A program made the translations under genes and the position numbers. Below are positions 50,401-61,642 of a stretch of 64,000 nt of DNA, in pieces. The notes under the pieces were generated by a model that saw nothing but the letters and a program-made list of their open reading frames with translations, was not told the origin of the DNA and searched no databases. The DNA is from Yuukianura sp. NJ FZ-2021 (Eukaryota), in the NCBI GenBank assembly GCA_046563655.1, contig CM102289.1, forward strand, positions 5,952,001-6,016,000, given 5' to 3'. Position 1 is the stretch's first letter. Each line of letters starts with the position of its first letter.

Positions 50401-53400
50401 TACAAAAATGTAGGTGCTGGGCACACTGATTCAAAATTCAAAGTTTAGGAATTGAAAAAGTAGAAATACAAATTCAAAGGATACACAAAATGACGGGACG
50501 TCCTTCAAACTCACCATTTACACATACAAAAACAAAAACAAATACTAGTACAATTAAGATATTTTTCGCAATTTTCAAAAATTTTATTAAATATTCTATT
50601 TGTTTTTATAAACAGGATAAATTATTCACAATTCCTGCTGGAAATCACTATATGCACTTATGTGATTACGATTAAAGTCAGTCGAGTGAATTGAATTGAA
50701 ATAAAAGCTCTCGTCATTCCTATTTTGAATCATCATCCTGCTCCTTTCTCTCGCAGCACCCATCGCTTCATGCGGGCATTCGAAAAAAGAACAATGACAT
50801 TTTTTTGATTTTGAAAAAAAATTACGTGAACAACAATAGGGGTGACATTGTGTGATGGGAAGGGTAAGTCTGAGTCGCGTGACAATGTGACATGTCAACT
50901 TTCTCTCCCCATGGGATTCCGTTCACCAAAAGCCTTTCTTCTCATTTTTATACGGCAAAGGGCAGACGTTAGGTTAGCATTAGGGTGGTTAGGTTTAAGC
51001 GTTTCGGTTTTAGGTTTTAGTTGAAATTGATCGCTTCCCTTTCCCTTGACAATTCTAGGATTACTTATCCCTCATATCCCCATCCACATCAAGTGATGGA
51101 AAAAGAACATTGTTATTGTTATGATTATTTCCTACTTCCTTTGTCTCCAATAAGTTCAATTTCAAATGAAAAACTGAATTAATGTTTCCTATAAAGCTTC
51201 ACTGATTCCAGGAAATGTTTTCCCGATGGACTTTTCCCTGATTATTTGCGCAACAACTGGAAGGATTACTGTAAGGGCGTTTGGATATGTGCAACAACTG
51301 GAAATGATTTTCAAATCTGCGCTGCAACTGTGTACAAAAATTGTGTTTGCGCAAAAGCTTAAAACTAATTTTTAGGATTAGATCTTAAGCCTAATATATA
51401 AAAAAAAAACAAAGAGACAAGTCACACGTTTAATAAAACAGACAAAAAGAAAGTCGAAATGTTGCAGTTTCTTTGCAATTTTTCTTTGCAGGCAAAACGT
51501 TGTGTAATTTTTTACAGTTTTACATTTTCCCAAGTTCGTTTTTTTTTCTCCAAACTGCTAGACGCAAATGGATGTCTTTGAGGTTTTTGAACTTGGCGAA
51601 TCAAATTGGTTTGACCGTTTAGAATTGATTTTATTTGAGCACGACACAAAAGTGGCGAAGAGAGAAAGAAAGTTGTGTGGGAATTTGAAACGTTCAAGAA
51701 TTGGAGCTAGAAGTCCTCCGTACGTGGTCCAGACCTTAGGACGTGAGAGAAATGAGGCTGGAAGCCTGTGCTGAAACGTTGTTCATGGCTACTATTGGAA
51801 ATGGAAGATTTCCAAAGTCCCCCTGGGGAATCTTTAGAGTTGATTTATTTCTGTCCCCTTTGAACTCCCTTTTTCCTTCTTCCCAAACTACATACACTCA
51901 ATCTCAGGTTGTGCAGGGAGAGCCCTTAAGGACTTTCCTTACTTACCTTGTCTCGAACATTTTCGGATTTCCGGGTTCCTACTTCAAATCAAACAGATTC
52001 CTCTAAAAAACCCGCCTTTTGATATAAGAAAACACCAAATCCAACCATTTTTAACTTTCACTCAATGCTGATCCTTGGGTTCGTTGAACCCCTCCTAAAC
52101 TGTCCTCTACTCCCCCCCCCACTTGACTTTGTTGTTTGTGACCCCCCCCCCCTTGAGAGACTTAGTGGGGGGAGGGGTTCTGTGGGTGGGAGGCAGGAAG
52201 TGAAGCAGAAAGAGGTCATGAAGACACTTTGGGCTTGACTGCTTTCTCTAATTTCCAATTGTTAAGAACAAAGTTGTAAACATCTTTGATCTGAAATCGT
52301 TAGGGAGCAGAAGACACGCAAATGAACATCTTCAACCAAGCATTCAATGGATTCAAATGTCCCAGGAATTTCAAGAAGATTTCATGTTTGCGGCTTAAGT
52401 TTAATTCTTTTTGTGGACCAAGGGTTCTGTCATGTCAAATTCAAAAGAGGAGCCCTTTGTGACACCAGATTCCTTGGAAGGGACGCACTTTTAGTGAGGT
52501 GGTTTGTTTAGGCTAAAATGAGAAAGTGAATTGTCCCTTGGCGTTCTGCTTTGTTCAAGAAAGAAAGTTTAGCTAGTGCAGATATTATGTGGAAGTTCCT
52601 TTGAACAAGGAGTTCCCTTTGTACTTGTACAGAAAGTAGAAAGTGAAAGTGGAAATGTTGGTTTTTGATGGTTGAGTGGACATGGGAAATGTTCGCTTTT
52701 GAAACTTTGAAATTTCCCGCCCGCCCGCTCGCGCACCGCACGGTAAAGCTAGTGGCAGTGGGAAAACCTAAATGGATCAAATGGACGCAACCCAAGAGGA
52801 ATTCAACTGGATAATAAAATACATATTGGCACGTTTCCGCTTTCAAATTCCAGAGCACAAAGGGCAGAACTCTTTGGGGCAAGGAGAGAATTTCAAAAGT
52901 CGTGTGGTCAGCGTATGATGTCCGGTTCTTGTTTACACACTCAAATATTTGTTGTTTGGGCGTATGAAAAAAATAAACAATAAACAAAAGTTTAAAGAGA
53001 CTGTTGAACAGGAGGAAAAAAAATGTGCGGGAAATGGAAAATGTTGTAAATTAATTAGAGCTTTTTATAGTTGAAACGACTAGGAGGAAGAGAGACATAA
53101 ACGGTGACTTGAGTAGGAGTTATGACCGCCATTTTCAAAAAGAAAGGAAAAACAACTTTGAGTTTTCCTGGAAAGAGAAAAATTCGTACTGGGATCTACG
53201 GACTTTCTTCAGGAAGAGGAAAGTCTGCTCATTTAATCTAAATAATCTAACCGAGCTTTCAATGATTTTGTTCTGTTCGAAAGATAAAACTTTTTCTTTG
53301 TTGAAAAAAAGTAAAAGTAAAAAGTAAAACCTTAAAGCTTATTTTCTTCGTTCCTTGTTGTTAACTTTGTCTTCGTCAAGTTCCTTATGGAGGCTTAGAG

Positions 53401-56400
53401 ACTTTACAAAAGTCTTTTCTTTACTATTTCTTACTTTGAAACCTGAAAATGGAAATGGTTCACTTTAAATTTTCCCTCCTGGAGGTTTTTCCTCTCAAAC
53501 TTCTAACAATCGTCCTACAGACTCATTTCTCTTTGTTGAAAAAAAGTTTTCAATTTATTCGAAGACGAAGTAAAACCTTTTGAAATCATAAAATTTGAGA
53601 GTGTAAAATTTTTTAAAAGCAGAACAACAATCTTGGAGAGTTATATAAAACCATATTTGTTTCAGAGAAAAGTTATTGTGTTTAGTTCTGAAATTTTGTA
53701 CAACATAAGGATTTGGTAGAAAAAAATTTAGATGAAGTTTTTGGTTACTTTTTGCCGTATAATCTTTCTTTTTCTTAATTTCCTGTCGACACTTGAGAGT
53801 GCAAATTCTGATGCAAGGCGTGAGACCGAGATTTTGTTTATTTAGAGAACCCTGCTGCACGCGTGTTTATTTTTAGTGGTTAAAACACTAGCGTGGCGGG
53901 AATTTTAAATCTGAAAAACCGGGTTGCGTGTGGTTGATAGCGGGGGACAGACGTTTCGAGCATGGATCTCATAAATCATTTCAAAACGCGAGTCCACCCC
54001 CTCCCGCCAAATCCATGTGGAATGTTATGGACACCGAGGCTGAAAGCCTTCAGCTTCCGCAATTGTGTAAACTTACAAAACGGTCAACTGGAAATAGTTC
54101 AAAAGTCATTTCACTTATCCAAGAACTTCAGCCAACACAAGTACTGTGACATTTTTATGTTGAGCGTTTTGCTTGTTGGTAAAATTGTAACTTTAGGCAA
54201 TAACCCTAGCATTTGAAAGAGAAAAAGTAGAAAGACGTGCGTTTTTAGAGTAAGTTGTCCTCCATCCACCTCAACTAGTTTGTAATTACGCTCTCAGAAA
54301 AATAAGAGGGTAGGCGCATCCGAGTACAATGATTTAACACCACTTAGGCACGGGAAAATTGGACTATAAAATATGAGGGTTGGTCCTCGGAGGCGGGAAC
54401 TTTCAACAAAAAATCGTAGCTTTTAAATGAAAATCCAAATTTCTCATCCTAAGGCTAATTGAAACCTAGTAATTTTTCAGAAACAGAAAAAACTAAAGGA
54501 GTAAATCACTACGAGTAATTTCAGAAACCATATTGGAGGGATTTCCTGCACTAAAAAATAGTCTGAGTTTTCTGAGCGCCAAGTTTGAAAAACAAGAGAA
54601 CTTGTTGAAATGTTGAAGGAAGGAAAGTGAGATTGATTTCAAATTAAAAGCGGACTGACAGGTTAGGGTTAATTAGACTTTACTCGGATTTCTTTTCCTG
54701 ATCTCGTTACTTAATTAAAGTTAATGATTTTACTAACACAAGCTGAAAATAGGGTAGAAAATGTTATGTTAAGGGAAGTTTAGGTTAGCCTTACATAAGC
54801 AAAACCTGCGCGGGAAATTCGATTCCACTTCAATTAAAAGGGAAATTTGAAATTTCCCGGATTTCTAACTTAACCTTTTCCTCTCAATGTGACCTCAATA
54901 TTTTAAAAATTCTTACTTTAACACTAAACTAAACTTTTTCCAAACTTCAAAATTTTGTAATAAGAAACTTTTCATTTTTTAGTAACAAGTTTGTAGACTA
55001 GAAGAGGACTCTTACATTCAGTTGAGTAACCTAACAACATTGAAGAATGCTTCAGATGATTTCGATTCAAAAGTTCGCGAAAATTTAAACTTTTCGAAAA
55101 AATTACAAAACATTTTCTTATATCCATGCAGTTCCAAAATTGAGTACTTCCGAAAATGCTCCAAACTCTCTCTCGCTATCAAAACTTCAAACTTTTCAAA
55201 AAGTGGAAAGTTATGAGAAACGAGGAAATCGAGTTCGTCATGGTTTCATGTCAATGTTTTATCCACGCGAATTCAAATTTCGAAAAAAATTCCTTTCGCT
55301 GCCAAAAACATGGTATAATTTTTAGAACAATTTCGCAACTTTTGTTTAAAAAATGAAAATATCTACTAAAAAACTTTCGAAATTGAGTTTTTTTCTGTGG
55401 CTCAAGGTTTCTCTATTTCGTTTTCCTTAGACGAGCGTGAAAGAAAAACCACTTGAGAAAAGGCGGAAAGGTTTGAATTTTCCATTTTCCACTTGCGGTG
55501 ACTGCAGAAACCACCGGAAGCATTGGTTTCCCCTTTTCTACGCAAAAGTCCCTTCATTTCTATACGTTCTACAATTCCATTCAATTTACATAGTTCTCCT
55601 CTCCTGCAAATGGACCAATATTCCAAAAGTCCATGTGCTGATTTTCAGTCAAGTGGAAACTAGAAACTAGACGTTTTCTAGAAACTGTTTCAGAAACTGC
55701 TCCGTCCTAGGTCTCGAATTCATTTGAATCTGTTCTAGAATTGGGCTCTAGATTTCTAGAAAGAGGCAATTGAAAATTTAAGCTTCTTGGGAATTAGAAA
55801 CCGGCTTGAAACTCAATTCCCAGCCGTCGAAACACTTTCCATTTTATGTAGTGTCGAGAATCTAATTAATAGGAGTCTCTCTGCCCATCTCTGTTTTGTT
55901 GGAAATTTGAAACAAGAAGGGGGAAGGAAAACGCCAAGCTAAATTCAAAATTTAAAAAAAAGAAATTCAAAAAAGTACTTTTTTGGACTGACTGAAGTTG
56001 ACATTGGTTGGGGTTTGGAGCAAATCACTCTGTGTCCCTTATGCCTCGTTACCGGATATTCCTGTTCATTTCCGTTAGATTTTAAAAATAGGATCCATTA
56101 GGTTCTGGAAGACGTTTTTGAGTTCTACAACATTACATCGGGCATTCCAGGAAGAATTCACTTACTGCAGTTTCAAACTTACATGGAAGATTTCTTTTTT
56201 CGAAAAACTTATTTTAATTTAATAAGGTTTATGTTGACATTTTCACAAAAACTTGATTCTTTTTTTAGAAGAAAGGTACAAAAGAAAATCCATTTTCTGG
56301 AAATTACTTTCTTTAAGTTTAAATATTAAATGAGTGTCATTTGAGTGTTGCCGTCGGATGCACAGAATGGCGCGAGCAAAGGTGGGCAGACATACCTCTA

Positions 56401-59400
56401 TGACCTTCAACGTAAAGTGTCAGATTTTGGATTATATGTTAACGTTAGGTTCTAAAAGTTGTGTTTTGCCCAACTTTGAAAAAGTTGAAAAAGAAACTCT
56501 CCCCCCATTCTTTGAAAAGTTTAAAGTTCAAGTTTTTGGGGCTTTTCTTATTCTATAGAATCCTTGAATTCCATTAGATACACGAGCAAGGATAGAACAA
56601 AAAAGACGATTAGTGTTATTATTATTATTTCCACGCTTTGTCTTGAAAGAAAAGCGAGACAGCGAGGAGAAAGCCCAACCTTGCCTACCCTAAGCAGGTT
56701 AGGGTTAGCCTAACTTTCGATTAGTAAACCCAACCTTACACGACAATGAAAGGAAACGGCGGGCGGGAGGCATTTTTCAAAAAGTTTTGAGTAGAAGGCA
56801 AAGCAGCATGGGGTTGGAAGACAAACTCTAACGGGTGAAAGTTGGAGGGACTTTCGAAAGTTGGCAACCGAAGGAGTCAGTAGAGTGGAGAAAAGAAAGG
56901 GCGGGAAATTGGAAAACAAGAACCGAAACTTTTAAAATGAACGTCTTCATTCCCGCGCTCTTTTTCAAAGTTGAACGAACGAAAAGAAGAGAAAGAGTAA
57001 AGGGAAAGAAGACAAGTTACGGAATTGAATGGCATGTAAAAAAGTTAGTGGTGGATCCTAAAAAGAAGAAAAGTCGAAAACTACGACCCATTCGTCGAAT
57101 CTCCTTCTGCTTCTTTAGTAATACCGAAAGAAAAACGTCTCTATCACTCAAATAACTTTTACTGTTCAGTGGGCTACTAGAATTTAGAAAATTTTGTTGT
57201 TCAAATAAGTTCTAAAAATCGACAGAAGAGAAAGGCAGCCTAGAGGATGGGAAATACTTTTAAGACTTTTCAGTCTGCAAAAGAAGCTTTGTGTCAATGC
57301 GTATTTTTTCTCTTTTTGTCCAACTTGAGTGGCAGGTGAAAATGGGGTCGTAATAAAGAAACTCTTGCTTGGTTTCAGTTATTTTTCAGGCGCCAAAAAA
57401 ATTGAACGAATTTCATCATTCATCATCCGATAGCTAAGAAAAAAATTGGGATAGATGGATGGATAAATGGAAAGTGCATTATGGAGAAGCCATGACAGTT
57501 TACTGAGTAACAAAAAGTAGAATTTGTAAACATTGCGCCATTTTCGTTCGGATTTTTAAAAGTTGGCGCTCGAATGTTGTTTGAAATTGGTCATTTCTTG
57601 CCAGCCTTCTTGTCTGAGCAGTGTTCGAGTAACTTTCAATTACTTTTCCATGCTCAAATTTTTTCCATGTCAACATGTTTAGAAAATTAAAGAATTCAGA
57701 ACTAGCGTAATGCATTGTCCGCTTGGGAAGGAACTTTTCAAATCACAAATGGAAATACGAACTTTTTTCCCTCCAAAACTAAATTCTTTCACAAAAGTTC
57801 CTCTTCTACCGTGTGTTGCTTGGAGATAGGTCAACAGAAAAATACAATTCACTTGCCTTAGGTTTAAATTTCTAAGCCTTGTGAACCTAGTAACCGTAAA
57901 ACCGTTGTTCACAATTTCGTTTTTTGAAATTTTGAAAAAAAATCATTCTGTGCGTTTGAAATTGTACTTTGTCAACAATTTGAAATCAAAACTTTTTGCT
58001 GCTGTCCAGCTTAGTTCTGCTTTAGGCCACAATCAATTGCGACTCTTTTCAATCTCAACCTTCCTGTTTATTTAAACTTGACTTCAAAGATCAAAAGAAT
58101 ACAAACTTGAGGCTCAATTCCAAAATGAAAGTACAACATTTTTCAAAAGTTTTCCAATTTTGAGGCAAGTTAATTTCAATTTTCATACCACTCCACAGCC
58201 TTCAAAACACTCTGTACAAAGATCGAAAGCCAACTTTTCCCTGGACACAAAAATCAATCAAAATGAAAATTGGACCAAACGTATCCAATTTCTCAAAAAA
58301 TTTCTTTTTCCTTTATGGGAATGTCCACATGAAATGAACAAAATTACTTTAAGTGCTTGAGCCGTTTGACTTTTTAGGACTCAGCGCATGCGTAAAAGAG
58401 AGAGAGGTCGAAATTGGCGAACAAAACAGAAGTTGATTGAATTGGTGAAAGTGATGTGTTCGTGTTCGTCGTTAAGAACAAGAGCCAACTCCCTTTTGTC
58501 TTCGTTTTTTGTTCTTTGCCCATGTTTGTCTTCTTGTCCACTAGTGCTAAAAGCATTTTGCCATTTCACTACGATGGGGTCACGCCATGACATACTAGAC
58601 GACATCTAATTGCTTCACAAACAATCATGACTTTTGTTTAGAAAAAAAAAACTTTTTTTCTGAATTTTTTTTGAAAACGCGTTTCCAACAAAATATTTTG
58701 GACCGGTAGAAAACCAATCCACTTGCATTTTGTTGAACTGTCTGGCTGTTAGCCAAAACGACAGAGATTAGAATAGGAACAAAATCTTCTTTTTTGGAAA
58801 AAAAAAATTCACGGTACATATTCTAAGATAGGAAAAAAGCAATACATTTGTTGTCAAAAGAAAGTACAGATTCGAAAATTTTGAAAAAAAAAATAGAGTA
58901 GGAGAAAGAAACTTTCAATTGAATTGAACGAGGGAAGGGGCAGTTTAAATTTGAATTGAAAGTTTTCCACGCGCCCTTTAGCTCTGGCCGTTCTCGCATA
59001 CTATTCTGGTGTTGGTAAGATGAAATGAAATGGACTTTCACTTTACTTTCTCCAGCTTTCCCCTTTATTTAATGTTTTATTTATGTTTTCCGTCTCGAAT
59101 CAACGAGACTTTTACTTTCTCCGGGTTAAGTTTCCACTTTCCAGTAGTTCGTCTATTTGTCCAGGAGTCGCTAGAAAACCTGCCAGTCAGCATTAGTTTC
59201 CAGACCATTCCAGCGTCAAACAGTGAAATGGAACAGCGTTACAAAATCGTATCCGTCCATCGTATGTAACAGAAGTGAAAATACCTTCCGTTCGTTCCCT
59301 TTCCACATCCATGCCCACACGGTCCCCATACTCTCACATAAGATACTAGTACACCGTTCGCTTCAGATTAATCCAGTCGTTCACGTGGAAGTTTTAGTAG

Positions 59401-61642
59401 GACTTCTAGAGCTCTACAGTCTAACCTAACTTAGGTTTAGGTTAGGCTAGAAGCATAACTAACTCGTGTGAGCATAAGGTTCAACTCAATCCAGCCTAGA
59501 TTTCTAGATTGTAGCTCTCAATTCAATTACCACCTTTCTCTTCCCAAAGAGACACTATCATCACCAAATCTTGCCTCATACACAACTCCTCGAAACTATT
59601 AAAGTAAACTCCCGTAATTTACAAACAAAACAAAAGGTGCAGAGTGATTTTAGAAAGTGGTAGTAAGTGCTAAATTTACAAAAGTACCAAAACAAAATCA
59701 TTTAAGGCTAAAAATTTAATACTTTTGAAAAGAGAAGAGCAATGAAAACATTGTTTGAAAAATAAATACATTGCGTTGAAACTTGGAAGAATGCTTTGTA
59801 AGTGAAGTAAAGGCAGAAGATGGGTTGAGATAAGGTTTAACGTTCATCATTGTAGCTACACAAAGTAGCCGCTTGCGGCCATCTTTAGTAGCTACAATGG
59901 TTGGGTACGCTTGTGCCACCAAATTTGTAGCTGCCTGTGAGAAAATTCGCGGTGTAGCAACTCCATTGTAACCTCATATGCTACCTAATGCTGGCAACAC
60001 TGTATTGGAATTATGTTACTAATTGCAATTGAACAAATGCAACCTAACGTAGTCAAAAACCTCTAAAGTCTAATCACTACTGTCAAGCTCATAACCTAAC
60101 ACCGCGGGAAAATTAAAGTAAATTAATAGAGTGAAACAGTATCGAACCTCAAACAGGCTACATTCTACCCTGTTTTCTTCAGTTAATTAACTTTTGTTTT
60201 TCCACCTCGAAAGCATGGGTTTTCGGTTGTTTCTCACTGCTTTTATCTCGTAAACTAAATTTAAAACTGTGTTGGCAGCATTTTTTACCATTGGTGGCTA
60301 CAATTGGGAGGCTATGAGGCATTTTTCAAACGCGGCTACAAAAAGGAATAATTGTTGCCGCATAAGTATAGCCACGTAAGATGGCTGCCAGCGTCTACAC
60401 TATGTGGATACAATGACAAGCGTTAAACTTTACTCCAACCCAGAAGAATGTTGTGGAATTTTTGAAACTGAGAGAGTAAGTAAAAGAAACAGTCACGTTG
60501 ACTGGTATTAAAGTTCTTAGTTTTAGAGGGACTAACTATTTTAAGTTCCAATTAGAAATAGAACAACAAGAATAAAATGCACGAGTCAATATTACTTCTA
60601 ACAACTGGCTCCATTTTTTTTGGAGGAAAATCATCTGACTCAGTAAAAGCAAAAAAAAATGGAAAAAGTGGTTCAAAGTGGCACTCGAAGAAGACAATGA
60701 AGATGGCACTTGACAGTGACACTCAAACTAATAACAAAAAAGGAAGTGAGATATTTGTAACAGTAGATTCCAAAAGTTCGTTTCCGTTAAAAAAAATTAA
60801 ACTACAGAGTAAATCTAAATTTGGAAAAGAAAGTTTTGAGCCAGGAAAGCATCTCAAATGAACTTTGTGGCTAACGATACTCTTTGATGAAAAACTTGAA
60901 AAGAAAGTTTTTTAAAAAAGAAGAGTGAATTATTAATTTTTATAAAAATTTTGTGATAAGAGATTTGAAATTTGCTGTGACTCTGTTAATCTTTTCAAAA
61001 AGTTTGTTAGCAGGCGTTAGTTACGAGTTGGCTAAAACTACCTAAAGAAATTTTTTGAAGTTTACATAATTTGTATGCTCAAATGACTTGGAGGAAAGAA
61101 AAATTGGAAAGTGTCGAAAGATGTTTAAAGATTGAACAGGCTTTTTTCAAAACTTTTTTTTTCTAAACTCGCCGCTCCTTTCTAAGTCTGCAAGTCTTTG
61201 CTTAAAGGCACAAGAAAATTTTCCCATCATTTTCATCCTTCAACCCAATAATTCATCTTCCAGAGAAAGATCAAGTCAAAACCTTCAACTGTGATCCCAT
61301 AAGGGCGATGACTTTGACCTTAAACTTTCGAGCTGTTGAGATACAAATTCTATTTTGATTTTGACACATGAAACCCATGATTTGCATTTTGAATTTTGGA
61401 AATGCAACTTTCAAATTTCAAATTCTGAAATCGGATCAGACTAGGCGCATTTCGAAATCAAAACTAATCATCCTCGAAAACTGTGAAATGAAAATTAATT
61501 AAGTTTTGAAATTACTAGAACTTCACTAAAACCAAATTAAGCAAAAGGCATAAAATCTTGAGTGACACTTACCGTAGAGAAGGATTTGGAGTAGGATGAA
61601 AAGTAAGTTGAGAAAAGTAGTGAAACTGATCATCTTCTGCAT
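26445..61642 (-). CDS. dpr family two-Ig cell-surface protein (dpr1-5 subgroup, dpr4/5-like), 287 aa
   Basis: Exons (minus): 61642-61573 (MQKMISFTTFLNLLFILLQILLY, phase-1 GTAAGT), 34222-34053 (PYFDSVGSRNVTTVVGQTALLRCRVRHLGDRT), 30062-29918 (VSWIRKRDLHVLT), 29840-29775 (GVYECQINTEPK), 27971-27672 (FDSPRGGISLETEKT...DSGNYTCVPSN), 26557-26445 (GEHPAAMQH + hydrophobic tail). 864 nt in frame. Linking the first exon across a 27-kb intron is inferred from phase and signal-peptide continuity. Confidence 0.88.
44295..44301 (+). promoter_or_regulatory. Candidate TATA box of nested GPCR 1
   Basis: TATAAAA about 125 bp upstream of the ATG. The paralog has TATATATAA at a similar position (~47469). Both ATGs are preceded by TTTAG|TT, suggesting a shared 5'UTR intron. 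Confidence 0.4.
44420..47259 (+). CDS. Class A GPCR 1: signal peptide + ~480-aa LRR-like ectodomain + FMRFamide-receptor-like 7TM, 820 aa
   Basis: Exons 44420-44503, 44586-45169, 45287-46407, 46514-46881, 46954-47259 (2463 nt). TM1 GIFGN, TM2 IALALCD, TM3 YIYP...LTLERFAAVCFPL, TM4 NCPRWLE, TM5 MYLIP...LN, TM7 FNSSTNFVFY, helix 8 GKKFR. Exon 3 runs in one frame from the ectodomain through TM1-TM2. Confidence 0.88.
47620..50429 (+). CDS. Class A GPCR 2, tandem paralog of GPCR 1, 843 aa
   Basis: Exons 47620-47712, 47772-48355, 48428-49548, 49621-49988, 50064-50429 (2532 nt). Exons 2-4 have the same lengths as in GPCR 1 (584/1121/368 nt). Same motifs (IERFAAVCFPL, FNCSTNFVFY). Confidence 0.88.
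50070..50165 (+). repeat. Coding 30-bp tandem repeat (3 copies + partial) in intracellular loop 3 of GPCR 2
   Basis: AGGTCAGCGA(A/G)CACGCGAG..(G/A)CAATGAC(A/C) x3, encoding RSANTRGAMT-RSASTRGAMT-RSASTRETMT. Confidence 0.92.
59821..60442. mobile_element. Decayed non-autonomous TIR element (MITE/foldback-like), 622 bp
   Basis: Arms of ~180 bp (59821-60000 and 60268-60442) are imperfect reverse complements; 57 of the outer 76 positions match by manual alignment. Termini TGGGTT...AACCCA, flanked on both sides by GAAGA (59816-59820, 60443-60447). Confidence 0.7.
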
